Positions 9,309-18,024 of a DNA stretch of 53,962 bases are shown here, in pieces. The notes beneath the pieces were generated by a model, which was given only the letters and a program-made list of their open reading frames with translations, had not been told where the DNA came from and made no database searches. Position 1 is the stretch's first letter, and each line of letters begins with the position of its first letter. The position numbers and the translations under genes were made by a program. The stretch is from a virus. The stretch is from UHGV virus genome UHGV-0212970; one strand, given 5' to 3'.

Positions 9309-9347
9309 CGCTCATTAACAATCTGGTCAGCCGCTGGAAGTGCGGCA
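9309..9347 (+). promoter_or_regulatory. nutL-like antitermination site (boxA CGCTCATTAACAA plus boxB-like hairpin)
   Basis: GCTCATTAACAA is 1 mismatch from boxA GCTCTTTAACAA; 12 nt downstream hairpin GCCGC-UGGAAGU-GCGGC with purine-rich loop; just upstream of the N-like gene. Confidence 0.45.
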
Positions 9348-9402
9348 ATTAACGAAGATGATTTTTTATTAAGTATCATCAAGGATATACGGAGATCAGA
9401 TT

Positions 9403-9693
9403 ATGAGCGTTACAATTATATATGGTAAATGTGATAGCAAAATGAATGCCAGGGAACGCAGAAGGATAAAAAGAGAAAACGAAAGAAAATCATCACCTGC
9501 AATCAATAAAACAGACAATGTGGATAAAGCTATTCGATTTGCAAACGAGGAAAGATGCAAACCAAATAGCATTAAAGAACGTCGCAAAGGATCAGTAAAA
9601 TGGTATACGGAAAATGAAAGCGGCAGCTACTACCACGCAACGCAACCACGCCATTTAGGGGAAAAACCCCTGGATAAAGTCCGCTATCATTAA
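9403..9693 (+). CDS. N-like transcription antiterminator (arginine-rich motif)
   Basis: 96 aa; MSVTIIYGKCDSKMNARERRRIKRENERK resembles the P22 gene 24/lambda N arginine-rich N-terminus as I recall it; SD GGAG upstream. Confidence 0.65.
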   Translation: MSVTIIYGKCDSKMNARERRRIKRENERKSSPAINKTDNVDKAIRFANEERCKPNSIKERRKGSVKWYTENESGSYYHATQPRHLGEKPLDKVRYH

Positions 9694-9722
9694 TACAAAA
9701 TGTAAACATCCGGAGATGACAT

Positions 9723-9842
9723 TATGGTTATTCAGGCGCTTCAATTCAAACTGGCAGTAGCGGAAATGCTTCACGATGCCGAAATGTGGAGCGCCGCGAA
9801 TAAAGCCTTATACATAGTGTTAACAGCGAAGGAGGCTAGTTA
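9723..9842 (+). CDS. Small hypothetical protein (39 aa)
   Basis: ATG-initiated ORF filling the gap between N-like gene and HNH gene. Confidence 0.3.
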
Positions 9843-10373
9843 ATGTCTTATTCAAAACATGGAATGACGCACACAAAACTTTATGAAGTTTTTAAAGGAA
9901 TGAAAACGAGATGCAGGAAAACCGATAAGAATCCACGAAATAAACACTATAAGGATAAGAATATAACTATATGTGATGAATGGTTGAATGATTCATCAAA
10001 GTTTATTGAGTGGGCTTTCAATAACGGTTATCAGGAAGGGTTAGAGATAGACAGAATTGATAACGACAAAGGTTATTCACCGGATAATTGCCGATGGGTT
10101 ACACATGCTGAAAACATGCGCAATACATGTAGAACTACGATGTTAACAGTGAGCGGGGAAACTAACACAATACATTATTTTTCCGAAAAATACGGTATAT
10201 GTGAACGCACCATATATACAAGATTACGTCGCGGCTGGAGTCATGAGGCCGCTGTACTTCTTCCTTTAAGAAAGGGGAAACGATGTGAAGAAAGATTTAT
10301 ACAAAAAATTGTGGCTAATTCAGCAACAATTAAAAGCGCCAAAATCTCAGCGCAATTCATACGGTGGATATAA
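9843..10373 (+). CDS. HNH homing-type endonuclease
   Basis: 176 aa; N-terminal TKLYEVFKGMKTRC module, HNH motif IDRIDNDKGYSPDNCRWVTHAENMRN, C-terminal RLRRGWS helix. Confidence 0.75.
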   Translation: MSYSKHGMTHTKLYEVFKGMKTRCRKTDKNPRNKHYKDKNITICDEWLNDSSKFIEWAFNNGYQEGLEIDRIDNDKGYSPDNCRWVTHAENMRNTCRTTMLTVSGETNTIHYFSEKYGICERTIYTRLRRGWSHEAAVLLPLRKGKRCEERFIQKIVANSATIKSAKISAQFIRWI

Positions 10374-10926
10374 TTACAGATCGGCGGAGGATATTTTAGA
10401 GGCTGTTAAGCCTTTATTGGAAGGCATTACGTTAACGCTTAATGATGAAGTGGTGTTAATTGGTGATCGTTATTACATTAAAGCAACAGCGATATTGAGC
10501 GATGGTGAAGATGAAATAACGGCTACTGCTTTCGCCCGCGAGGAAAAAGAACAAAAAGGCATGTCGTCTGGTCAGTTAACTGGCGCGACTTCTTCTTATG
10601 CTCGCAAATATTGTTTAAACGGCTTGTTCTGTATCGACGACGCAAAAGATCTGGATAGCGACGCTTACGCGAAGCAGACAGGCCAGCAGCCGCGACAACA
10701 GAAAAACCCACCAAAACAACAACCGCAGCAGAAGAAAGCGCCGCCAAATCCTGATGAAGTATTAGCACGTTTCTGTGATGCAGCAGCGAAAGCGCAGGAC
10801 GCTAACAAGCTGCGTGAAATATTTGGCAAATGCTGGAAATTACTACCGGAAGGATCGGAGCATCGAATCAAGGCAAAAGATGTTTATGACATCCGGGTAG
10901 CAGAGCTTAACGGGGAGATGGGTTAA
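10285..10926 (+). CDS. erf: Erf-family single-strand annealing protein
   Basis: 213 aa; KLWLIQQQLKAPKSQRNSYGGYNYRSAEDILEAVKP matches the ERF N-terminal signature; Gln/Pro-rich linker. Confidence 0.75.
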   Translation: MKKDLYKKLWLIQQQLKAPKSQRNSYGGYNYRSAEDILEAVKPLLEGITLTLNDEVVLIGDRYYIKATAILSDGEDEITATAFAREEKEQKGMSSGQLTGATSSYARKYCLNGLFCIDDAKDLDSDAYAKQTGQQPRQQKNPPKQQPQQKKAPPNPDEVLARFCDAAAKAQDANKLREIFGKCWKLLPEGSEHRIKAKDVYDIRVAELNGEMG

Positions 10927-11330
10927 TGAGTTTAAATTCAATCACGCTGGGCGGGAATATCGGTAATGATATGGAGGTTCGCTACACACAAAACGGGAAA
11001 GCGATTGGTAGTTTTCCGTTAGCTGTAACGAATGGCTACGGCGATAATAAGCGGACAATGTGGGTCACTTGCCTGGTATTTGGTGAGCGTGCGGAAAAAT
11101 TAGCGCCACATATCCGCAAGGGTGGAAAAATAGTGGTAAGCGGTCGCCTGGATGTTCGGCAATATGACCGGAACGACGGCACGAAGGGAACTGCGGTAGA
11201 AGTGGCGGTCAATGAGTTTGAGTTCATGGCTGTTAACCAGCAAGGCCAGCAGCAGAAAGCGCCGCCGCAGCAGCAGAATAATAACGGGAATAATGTTCCT
11301 CCTGACTTCGATGACGACATCCCGTTTTAA
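10926..11330 (+). CDS. ssb: Single-stranded DNA-binding protein
   Basis: 134 aa; OB-fold region, Gln/Asn-rich linker and acidic C-terminal tip DDDIPF. Confidence 0.85.
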   Translation: MSLNSITLGGNIGNDMEVRYTQNGKAIGSFPLAVTNGYGDNKRTMWVTCLVFGERAEKLAPHIRKGGKIVVSGRLDVRQYDRNDGTKGTAVEVAVNEFEFMAVNQQGQQQKAPPQQQNNNGNNVPPDFDDDIPF

Positions 11331-11345
11331 ATCAATAGGTTAGCT

Positions 11346-11624
11346 GTGGGTGATTATTTAAAACCGCCACCGCCACCGCGAACAAAAGAGCAAGTTCTAA
11401 GAGAAGCCCGTGATCAAATCGATCATGGGCTTTTTTTATGCGGAACGGCAGCGGAACGGATGGCAAAAAGATTTAGTGACCTGTACGCAAAACAAATATG
11501 GCTCGACAACTGGCAGGCAAGTTTTTATCCGCTGCAAAGAAAACCGGATATGCACTGGCCTGAATATGTCGATCCACGTATGCGCAAATATCGCGGGCGT
11601 ATGGGCCGGGTTATTAACGATTAA
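11346..11624 (+). CDS. Hypothetical protein
   Basis: 92-aa ORF (GTG start) in early operon; no motif recognised. Confidence 0.4.
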   Translation: MGDYLKPPPPPRTKEQVLREARDQIDHGLFLCGTAAERMAKRFSDLYAKQIWLDNWQASFYPLQRKPDMHWPEYVDPRMRKYRGRMGRVIND

Positions 11625-11638
11625 TGAGGTATTAAATC

Positions 11639-11863
11639 ATGATCGAAGATAAAGAAGTTGACGGAGAAATTCCTGACGGCGCTGATGAGCTTATCACTTT
11701 CGGCGGCAGGCTGTACGAGTTCGAAACGTCTGCGGGGTGGCACGATAAATGGCCTTTCCCTACTCGCCAGGAATTAAGTGACCGCAAAGCATTCGGCGAA
11801 GATGCAGAACGGCTGGCTAATAACAAATGGCTTGATAAGTTCATTGCGGAGGGTGGCAAATGA
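11639..11863 (+). CDS. Hypothetical protein
   Basis: 74-aa ORF with SD; acidic. Confidence 0.45.
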   Translation: MIEDKEVDGEIPDGADELITFGGRLYEFETSAGWHDKWPFPTRQELSDRKAFGEDAERLANNKWLDKFIAEGGK

Positions 11864-11943
11864 ATCTTGCAAAAATTGCCGCATTGCTTGCGGCTTTATC
11901 TATCGCGTGCTGTATCTCAGCGTGTCGCTTTATATCACGGTAG
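11860..11943 (+). CDS. Small hydrophobic peptide (27 aa)
   Basis: MNLAKIAALLAALSIACCISACRFISR; ATGA overlap with upstream stop. Confidence 0.3.
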   Translation: MNLAKIAALLAALSIACCISACRFISR

Positions 11944-11980
11944 CGATCATTAAACTCATTACTAACATGTGAGGCCAATC

Positions 11981-12100
11981 ATGAAAGTCGGTAAGGACAT
12001 TGTGACGGTCGCGTTTTGCATTATTTTCTTCCTTTTTGTTGTTGTGTTTTGTGGCGCATTTGCTGCGCTTGTTAGCTTTATTTTCAGAGGGTTGATGTAA
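11981..12100 (+). CDS. Small membrane peptide (39 aa)
   Basis: MKVGKDIVTVAFCIIFFLFVVVFCGAFAALVSFIFRGLM; SD GAGG upstream; possible kil-like early membrane protein. Confidence 0.3.
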   Translation: MKVGKDIVTVAFCIIFFLFVVVFCGAFAALVSFIFRGLM

Positions 12101-12369
12101 TGAAAACGTGGGATGCAAAGGCTGGTGATCTTGTCGTATTGCCTGAATATCGTGATGACCCTGGCTTGGTTGTGCTGAATAAGGGGAGCTACGATCAGCG
12201 CCCGTTACTGGTTAAATATCTTGACGGAACAATAATAGAGCCGCGTTTCTTTGACAATATTGAACTGAAGGCCCGAAATGTTCGCGTTAAGCCGTTCCGG
12301 GCTTATGCTGAAAACCACTGGCGGAAATTGTTCGCCGGGCTGAATGGGATGTTCGGCGTATGGCTATAA
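12100..12369 (+). CDS. Hypothetical protein
   Basis: 89-aa ORF, translationally coupled. Confidence 0.45.
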   Translation: MKTWDAKAGDLVVLPEYRDDPGLVVLNKGSYDQRPLLVKYLDGTIIEPRFFDNIELKARNVRVKPFRAYAENHWRKLFAGLNGMFGVWL

Positions 12370-12551
12370 AAGAAGTAAAGGTTAAACACCTGAAAGGTGG
12401 GGAGCGCTTAAAGGCGTGGTGGGGCCGTGAATTTACAGCTACTGCTTTCAGATTCAGGCAAGGCGGAGAGGTCATTATATACGACGAAAACATGGATGAA
12501 GTTGGTAAATGGCATCTTGAGCAATACGTCGAGGTGTTAAATGAAAATTAA
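12360..12551 (+). CDS. Hypothetical protein
   Basis: 63-aa ORF. Confidence 0.4.
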   Translation: MAIKEVKVKHLKGGERLKAWWGREFTATAFRFRQGGEVIIYDENMDEVGKWHLEQYVEVLNEN

Positions 12552-12873
12552 ATTCCATAAAGCATATGATAGCGAAACAAACAAGCTATCACTATTTATC
12601 GAATTCGAACGCCGGATCGTGGTTGTGCCCTGGGCGCGGCGCTTCAATGACGCTGGCGGACGCAGACAATTCGCGGTTGATATGCTGTTACGCGGCTGCG
12701 GCCTTATGCGTCCGCTATCTGATTTAAAACGAATGATGCCGGGATCGTTCGGTCAGATTGATGAAATAGAAATAAGCCCGGAAGAACTGAAACGGGAGCG
12801 TGATTTATTCCTTTCAAGCGAAGGAAACCCGTTTAATTCAGAAACTGAAATGAAATGGCATCACCCACTATAA
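12541..12873 (+). CDS. Hypothetical protein
   Basis: 110-aa ORF. Confidence 0.45.
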   Translation: MKIKFHKAYDSETNKLSLFIEFERRIVVVPWARRFNDAGGRRQFAVDMLLRGCGLMRPLSDLKRMMPGSFGQIDEIEISPEELKRERDLFLSSEGNPFNSETEMKWHHPL

Positions 12874-12886
12874 AAGGATAAATATC

Positions 12887-13507
12887 ATGAAAGACATCAA
12901 AACGGCTTATTCACTCGGCAGCGAAGGCATGTTAATCACTCGCTACACTGAAGACGCAAGTTTTCATGAAGTTGAAATTAAAGATTATCACGAAGTATTG
13001 AAAGATATGGAAGCTGGCAAGTATGACGCTGATTTGAATCTGGCGTTACAGATTGTTGATATTGTGATGGATGCGTCGATCCGCGATTATATGTCTTTAA
13101 ATGCTGAAGAAAAAACTGCCGTAGTTCGTTATGTCTTCTGCCTTACTTTCGTAAAACAAATGGAAGAGGAATATGGACGCGTACCAGTGCCGGAAGAGGT
13201 TGATCCGCTCGCGTTCGGAAGTGCTGTTATTTTCCCGTTGAACAAGGATCAGCTTGGTAGTGTTTCACTGCATTCTATGCGCGGCCTGATGAAAAACATC
13301 TTTGAAGTTAAGATGTTGCAGAAATGCATTGAGGAAGGCCACAAAGAAGAAGAAGTAAAAGCGTTTATGCCGCTGTTTTACTGTGAAATGGTTGGCAATG
13401 ATATGCGCGCAAATGATTTCGGTGTACAGGCGGCTATCGCTGTGCTTAATGATGCACGGAAAAACGCACAGCCGATGCCTGAACAGGAAAAACGTGTACT
13501 GCATTAA
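12887..13507 (+). CDS. Hypothetical protein (206 aa)
   Basis: Long ORF with SD; no motif recognised. Confidence 0.5.
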   Translation: MKDIKTAYSLGSEGMLITRYTEDASFHEVEIKDYHEVLKDMEAGKYDADLNLALQIVDIVMDASIRDYMSLNAEEKTAVVRYVFCLTFVKQMEEEYGRVPVPEEVDPLAFGSAVIFPLNKDQLGSVSLHSMRGLMKNIFEVKMLQKCIEEGHKEEEVKAFMPLFYCEMVGNDMRANDFGVQAAIAVLNDARKNAQPMPEQEKRVLH

Positions 13508-13605
13508 CCGAGTGATTCCGATTACATAAATATACATTATGTATTGTGATCGCATATCCGTTTTGTAAGCCAAAATCAAAAGGTTTACGGTGCGGAGGAA
13601 GCGAA

Positions 13606-13824
13606 ATGGAACGCGAATTGATGCTTTATTGCGTAGAAGGTGGCGTAGGTCACGATGCCTACGTCGCTGGGAAAGGCTATCCAGCCGATGAAGTGCTTTC
13701 TAATATGCACTTCAGAGAAAATGAAAGCCAGGTGTCTGTGTGGAAACGGTGCATTGATGGTATTGAGGTTGTAAGTATAGAACGGTATTTAGGGACGTTT
13801 GATTACGGTGTTATTGAGGCTTAA
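13606..13824 (+). CDS. Hypothetical protein
   Basis: ORF track 13546..13824; probable ATG at 13606 after SD GGAGG. Confidence 0.4.
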   Translation: MERELMLYCVEGGVGHDAYVAGKGYPADEVLSNMHFRENESQVSVWKRCIDGIEVVSIERYLGTFDYGVIEA

Positions 13825-13922
13825 TTATGGACGATACATTGTTTTATATGTGCTGTTGCTGGGGTTTTATTGCCTTATGCCTGTTTATCAGGTGGTTTAT
13901 TGAATACCATATGAGGTGATCT

Positions 13923-14114
13923 ATGAAAAAGGTTGGCGAATACATGATACCGGATAACGCTAAATTAGCCGGAATCGGTCAATTTGGTTGTTATTACTAT
14001 AACTGCGTTGGTGATATTTATCAGGTCAGTATTGTTGGTGGTGTACAGCATTTTTGTCTTATGCACTTTGAATTGAGCGCACTTAAAAAGGCGGTGTTAA
14101 TGTATGAAGTTTAA
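13923..14114 (+). CDS. Hypothetical protein
   Basis: 63-aa ORF. Confidence 0.4.
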   Translation: MKKVGEYMIPDNAKLAGIGQFGCYYYNCVGDIYQVSIVGGVQHFCLMHFELSALKKAVLMYEV

Positions 14115-14307
14115 ACACTATAGGGAATGGAAGATTCCAGAATCAGCAACAAAGGCAGCGCCCGGAAATGTTTTCGGCGTTTATTTTTATATGGAAGGTA
14201 AATGGTATTTCGGCAGCAGGCCGGATCACCATTATCAGGAAATGTGTGATTATCATGTACTTGATATAAAACTTCGCGTGCCAGACGGTGTGATTGAGGA
14301 CGTTTAG
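14104..14307 (+). CDS. Hypothetical protein
   Basis: 67-aa ORF. Confidence 0.4.
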   Translation: MKFKHYREWKIPESATKAAPGNVFGVYFYMEGKWYFGSRPDHHYQEMCDYHVLDIKLRVPDGVIEDV

Positions 14308-14308
14308 A

Positions 14309-14536
14309 ATGATGCGTGCACTTATTGACTTCATTATGGGCTGGCTATTTTGTTCTTTTTTTGTATTCTCATGCATAGCTACGGTTCTTATTGGAATTTT
14401 ATGCGGTGTGTCTTTTGTTACATGGGAACTACCAGAAATGCCATCACCTGATGATGCGCTTTATATGTTAAGGATCATTATTGCTGTTAGTGTATTTGTT
14501 GGGTTCTTTTTCGCTGATTCTACTGATTATTTATGA
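14309..14536 (+). CDS. Small membrane protein (two predicted TM helices)
   Basis: ORF track 14294..14536; hydrophobic segments FIMGWLFCSFFVFSCIATVLIGILCGV and IIIAVSVFVGFFF. Confidence 0.45.
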   Translation: MMRALIDFIMGWLFCSFFVFSCIATVLIGILCGVSFVTWELPEMPSPDDALYMLRIIIAVSVFVGFFFADSTDYL

Positions 14537-14537
14537 A

Positions 14538-14771
14538 ATGGCTTTATTTAACCTGTCAGAGCCGCAATTTAACGCCGTAAAAGCTGCCGCCCGCGCAGCG
14601 CTTTCTGCCTGCAAAGCGGAGGTGGAGAAAAACGGCTACAGCGATAAAGCTACGCGGCTGATATTAGAAAAGCATTATCGCAAGGTCGCCCCGCTAATCA
14701 GTATCGAACGTTTTGTCTGGCTGGTGGGGTATTTAAACAACCGATGGGGAACTGATCAGGATTATTTCTAA
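14538..14771 (+). CDS. Hypothetical protein
   Basis: ORF track 14481..14771; in-frame ATG at 14538 right after upstream stop. Confidence 0.4.
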   Translation: MALFNLSEPQFNAVKAAARAALSACKAEVEKNGYSDKATRLILEKHYRKVAPLISIERFVWLVGYLNNRWGTDQDYF

Positions 14772-14780
14772 GGGGGCGTA

Positions 14781-15320
14781 ATGAAAAATGATTACGGCGG
14801 CAGCCACACGCCGAAAGAAATAAAAGACCTATGGCAGACGCCGAAACCTGTTTTTAGAGGTATGGATCGTGAATTCGAATTCGTCGCGGATGTGGCTGCA
14901 AACAAGGAAAACGCATTAGTTCCGCGATATATAACAGAAGAAATGGACACGCTACATTATCCGTGGGGAGCGGTGGCGATGCCTGGTGAGTATGTCTGGA
15001 TGAATCCACCATATTCAAATCCTGGACCATTCGTCGATAAGGCGGCGCTTGAACACCATAGAAACCATATCGGATGCGTAATGTTATTGCCAGCTGACAT
15101 TTCTGTTAGCTGGTTTATGAACGGCGTGGAGACGGCAAACGAATGCCGATTAATAACGCGCGGGAGGCTGGCATTTATTAATGCCGCTACTGGTAAGCCA
15201 GCAAGCGGAAACAATAAAGGGAGCTTGTTCTTGATCTGGCATCCACGGTGCAGACATGAATGTATTTTCACGCAGATAACACGTAAAGAGCTATACGCGA
15301 GAGGCGAAAATAATGACTAA
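14781..15320 (+). CDS. Phage Dam-like DNA N6-adenine methyltransferase
   Basis: 179 aa; N-terminal WQTPKPVF and catalytic NPPYS (motif IV) typical of the phage N6A-MTase family. Confidence 0.7.
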   Translation: MKNDYGGSHTPKEIKDLWQTPKPVFRGMDREFEFVADVAANKENALVPRYITEEMDTLHYPWGAVAMPGEYVWMNPPYSNPGPFVDKAALEHHRNHIGCVMLLPADISVSWFMNGVETANECRLITRGRLAFINAATGKPASGNNKGSLFLIWHPRCRHECIFTQITRKELYARGENND

Positions 15321-15825
15321 GGCAGCAGATTTATTAAGACTTGCAGCAGAAACCATAGAGCAAAGAGGTAAGCAAAACGGATACGACAAAAAAGAGGAAA
15401 AATCAGCGCCAAAAATAGCAACTATTTACAACGCTAAGAAGGGAGCAAATTTAACACCGCTTGATGTATGGGATCTGCTAATTTGTCTCAAGGAGGCGCG
15501 TTTAGAAGCCATTTTGAGCAATAACAGCGATCCGACAGACACACTAATTGATTTAATTAGCTATAACGCGCTAAAAGCTGAGCAAATATTAACGGAACGT
15601 GAGGAAGAACAAAGAAAGAAACAGGCTGTTTTTGATCTCCCTATCAGCGGAGGGATAAAACTTTACTCTGATATTTCAGTGCCTGACCAGTCGATTATTC
15701 CTGGGAAAATAATTCCTACTGTGAAGTTTAACGGTGAGGTCGCTAATTGGCTTGATTTGAAGTTTGACAGATCGGAATGTATTCATGATAAGAGGTACGA
15801 TCCAAATGGAAAGGGTGACAATTGA
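15313..15825 (+). CDS. Hypothetical protein resembling dATP/dGTP pyrophosphohydrolase-type (MazG-like) phage domain
   Basis: 170 aa; pattern RGKQNGYD...IATIYNAKKGANLTPLDVWDLLICLKEARL recalled as similar to the phage dNTP pyrophosphohydrolase N-terminal domain; not verified. Confidence 0.35.
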   Translation: MTKAADLLRLAAETIEQRGKQNGYDKKEEKSAPKIATIYNAKKGANLTPLDVWDLLICLKEARLEAILSNNSDPTDTLIDLISYNALKAEQILTEREEEQRKKQAVFDLPISGGIKLYSDISVPDQSIIPGKIIPTVKFNGEVANWLDLKFDRSECIHDKRYDPNGKGDN

Positions 15826-16309
15826 CAGGTTATTAGCCTGCGTTTATGTCGCCGTTTTCGTGATTATCAATCTTATTGTTAACCATTGCGGCCCGTGGGT
15901 GATTCCGATCACCACGGTAGCCGCAGTGTGTGTCAATATGATGATCCGTGACCTTCTGTTATATGACGGCGGCCTGAAATGGTCGGCTACAACATGCGCC
16001 GCCGCTGGCGCAATCACGGTGCTGATAAATTACGACGCCGGAATGGTGGCGATCGCGTCATTCGTCGCGGTTGTTTCCGGTGCGCTTATTTCTGGCGGCG
16101 TTTACCGGGTTCTACCTGGTGATTTCGATTCCAAACGCTGGCCTGCAAATATAGCGTCCGCCATTGGCGATGCGTTAATTTTTCCCACGCTATCGTTTAT
16201 GGCATTTATGCCGGAAATATCAGCTATTCAATTCATCTCAAAAATGGCAGCGGTAACGGTGATTACTATCATCATGCGCCGCTATTTCACGTTTGAGGGT
16301 AGAAAATGA
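15806..16309 (+). CDS. Multi-pass inner-membrane protein (possible YhhQ/VUT-like precursor transporter)
   Basis: ORF track 15764..16309; 4-5 hydrophobic helices; family assignment tentative. Confidence 0.4.
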   Translation: MERVTIDRLLACVYVAVFVIINLIVNHCGPWVIPITTVAAVCVNMMIRDLLLYDGGLKWSATTCAAAGAITVLINYDAGMVAIASFVAVVSGALISGGVYRVLPGDFDSKRWPANIASAIGDALIFPTLSFMAFMPEISAIQFISKMAAVTVITIIMRRYFTFEGRK

Positions 16310-17069
16310 GCGGGCTTAGAAATTGGGTTATCTGGTCGCTGTACGACGGAAGCGGGTACGCCGTTAAAGATTGGGCGGAAGCTGGTATAAATGCTATTGC
16401 TTCAACTATGACGGCGCTAATCACGGGGATTATGACGGGGTAAAAATAATTCATCCAAATATTGAATATGTTAACGTATGGATTGACAGCCATTTCCTGG
16501 TAATGTTCTCCCCTGAATTGTCTGTTTATCCAGATCCTGACATTATCTTGGGCTTTCCTCCGTGTGATGATCTTGCCGTATCAGGCGCTCGTTGGTTCGC
16601 TGATAAACGGAAAAAAGATCCTGGCTTCCAGGTAAAGGCGGCGTATAACGCAAAAATTGTAGAAAAACTGGCGAATATGTATAACGTGCCGTGGATGGTG
16701 GAAAATCCAGTTGGCGCACTGTCAACGTTATGGCGTAAACCGGATTTTATCTTCAATCCTTGCGTTTACGGTGGCTACCTGCCTGAAGATGACAAACATC
16801 CTGCTTTCCCGGAATACATTGCCGACCGCGATGCCTACACGAAGAAAACTTGTATTTGGTGCGGGAATGGATTTAAGCAGCCGCTATTCCGTCCTGTGCC
16901 GATGCCAGATGAATGGGAAGACAGTAAGCAGCACGCGAAGTTAGGCGGAAAATCAAAGCGAACAAAGATGATCCGCTCACTAACGCCGCGTGGCTTCGCC
17001 CGTGCTGTATTCCTAGCTAACGACCGGGCCATCAATCGTACTACGCTCAACCGCGTTTTGCCGGACTGA
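16306..17069 (+). pseudogene. DNA (cytosine-5)-methyltransferase split between two reading frames (16306..16443 and 16371..17069)
   Basis: Upstream short frame encodes motif-I-like WVIWSLYDGSGYAVKDWAEAG then stops; ORF-track frame 16371..17069 carries motif IV GFPPC and motif VI ENPVG; junction within 16371..16443. Confidence 0.5.
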
Positions 17070-17091
17070 AGTTTACAAAATGGCGTCATTG

Positions 17092-17107
17092 TGTGATGAA
17101 TGTCACA
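17092..17107. promoter_or_regulatory. Perfect CRP-consensus palindrome TGTGA-N6-TCACA
   Basis: TGTGATGAATGTCACA lies between an inverted pair of the 12-nt element, centred about 60 nt upstream of the TG-TATACT element at 17139-17152. Confidence 0.35.
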
Positions 17108-17138
17108 TAATGGCGCTTTACACTTTGTTAGCACGTAT

Positions 17139-17152
17139 CCATTTTGTATACT
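17139..17152 (+). promoter_or_regulatory. Promoter-like element CCATTTTGTATACT (extended -10 type)
   Basis: Member of the recurrent element family; precedes the 17229 small gene and NinG. Confidence 0.35.
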
Positions 17153-17228
17153 TCAAGCAAACAAAATGCTCTTTAAAAATCCGGCAGCGCTGAAATGCGT
17201 AGAAATCACCTGAAAAGGAGAGAGCATT

Positions 17229-17405
17229 ATGCCTTTTGATAATTACCAATGGCATGACGACTATGAACGAGAAAGCGTTATGCGTGCAATGTGCAATGTA
17301 TGCAGCACGAAGAAAGGAGGCTGTAACGAGTGCAACGAATGCTTAGAACATTGGCTAAGGGCCGGACACGCCGAAAGGCTGAACGAAACAGAGAATCAAA
17401 AATAA
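17229..17405 (+). CDS. Small Cys-rich protein (about 58 aa, putative zinc ribbon)
   Basis: MPFDNYQWHDDYERESVMRAMCNVCSTKKGGCNECNECLEHW...; SD GGAGAG upstream; 3' end coordinate uncertain. Confidence 0.3.
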   Translation: MPFDNYQWHDDYERESVMRAMCNVCSTKKGGCNECNECLEHWLRAGHAERLNETENQK

Positions 17406-17418
17406 TCGGGGTGGTTTT

Positions 17419-18024
17419 ATGCAAAACCCTAAAAAACCCATAAGACGCCGTTGCAAGTGCTGCGGCGTTTTTTTTGAGCCTAAATATCATAATCAAACGT
17501 GGTGCAGCGATGAATGTCTGGAAGAACTGAAGTTTGACCAGCTATGCCGCGACCGTGAAAAGGCTATGAAGGCGATGGAACGGAAGAAACGCCGCAACAG
17601 CCAGCGGGAAGAACGCAACCGGAAGCGTAAGCAGTTAAATCCGCGTAGCTACTGGCTGAAACAGGCGCAAGCGGTATTTAATGCCTATATCCGCGAACGT
17701 GATGCGCGTTTGCCGTGTATATCCTGCGGGACTTATTACGGTGAGCAATGCGGATACGATGCGGGCCATTATAGGACTGTAGCCGCCGCCGGACACCTTC
17801 GCTTCAATGAAGATAACGTTCATAAACAATGCAGGCACTGCAACCAGACATTAGATGGCAACATCGGAGGGTATCGCCCGGCGCTGATTCGAAAAATTGG
17901 CCTCGCCAGGGTGGTGGCGCTGGAGAACAACAACGAAACTCACAAATGGACGATAGAAGAATGTAAGGAAATCATAAAAGTCTATCAGTCTAAATTAGAC
18001 GCCTTAAGGAGAAAGGCAGCATGA
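17419..18024 (+). CDS. ninG: NinG/Rap-family recombination-promoting nuclease
   Basis: 201 aa; Cys clusters and basic region consistent with NinG; precedes RusA as in lambdoid nin regions. Confidence 0.7.
   Translation: MQNPKKPIRRRCKCCGVFFEPKYHNQTWCSDECLEELKFDQLCRDREKAMKAMERKKRRNSQREERNRKRKQLNPRSYWLKQAQAVFNAYIRERDARLPCISCGTYYGEQCGYDAGHYRTVAAAGHLRFNEDNVHKQCRHCNQTLDGNIGGYRPALIRKIGLARVVALENNNETHKWTIEECKEIIKVYQSKLDALRRKAA

Noticed and set aside
8978-9587. Minus-strand ORFs 8978..9184 and 9396..9587 in the early leader and N-like gene
   Set aside because: Antisense to the promoter/leader and the N-like gene; odd composition; no translation signals.
10523-11320. Minus-strand ORFs antisense to erf and ssb (10523..10768, 10665..10871, 11036..11320)
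   Set aside because: Cys/Gly-rich low-complexity translations of the Gln-rich linker regions on the opposite strand; spurious.
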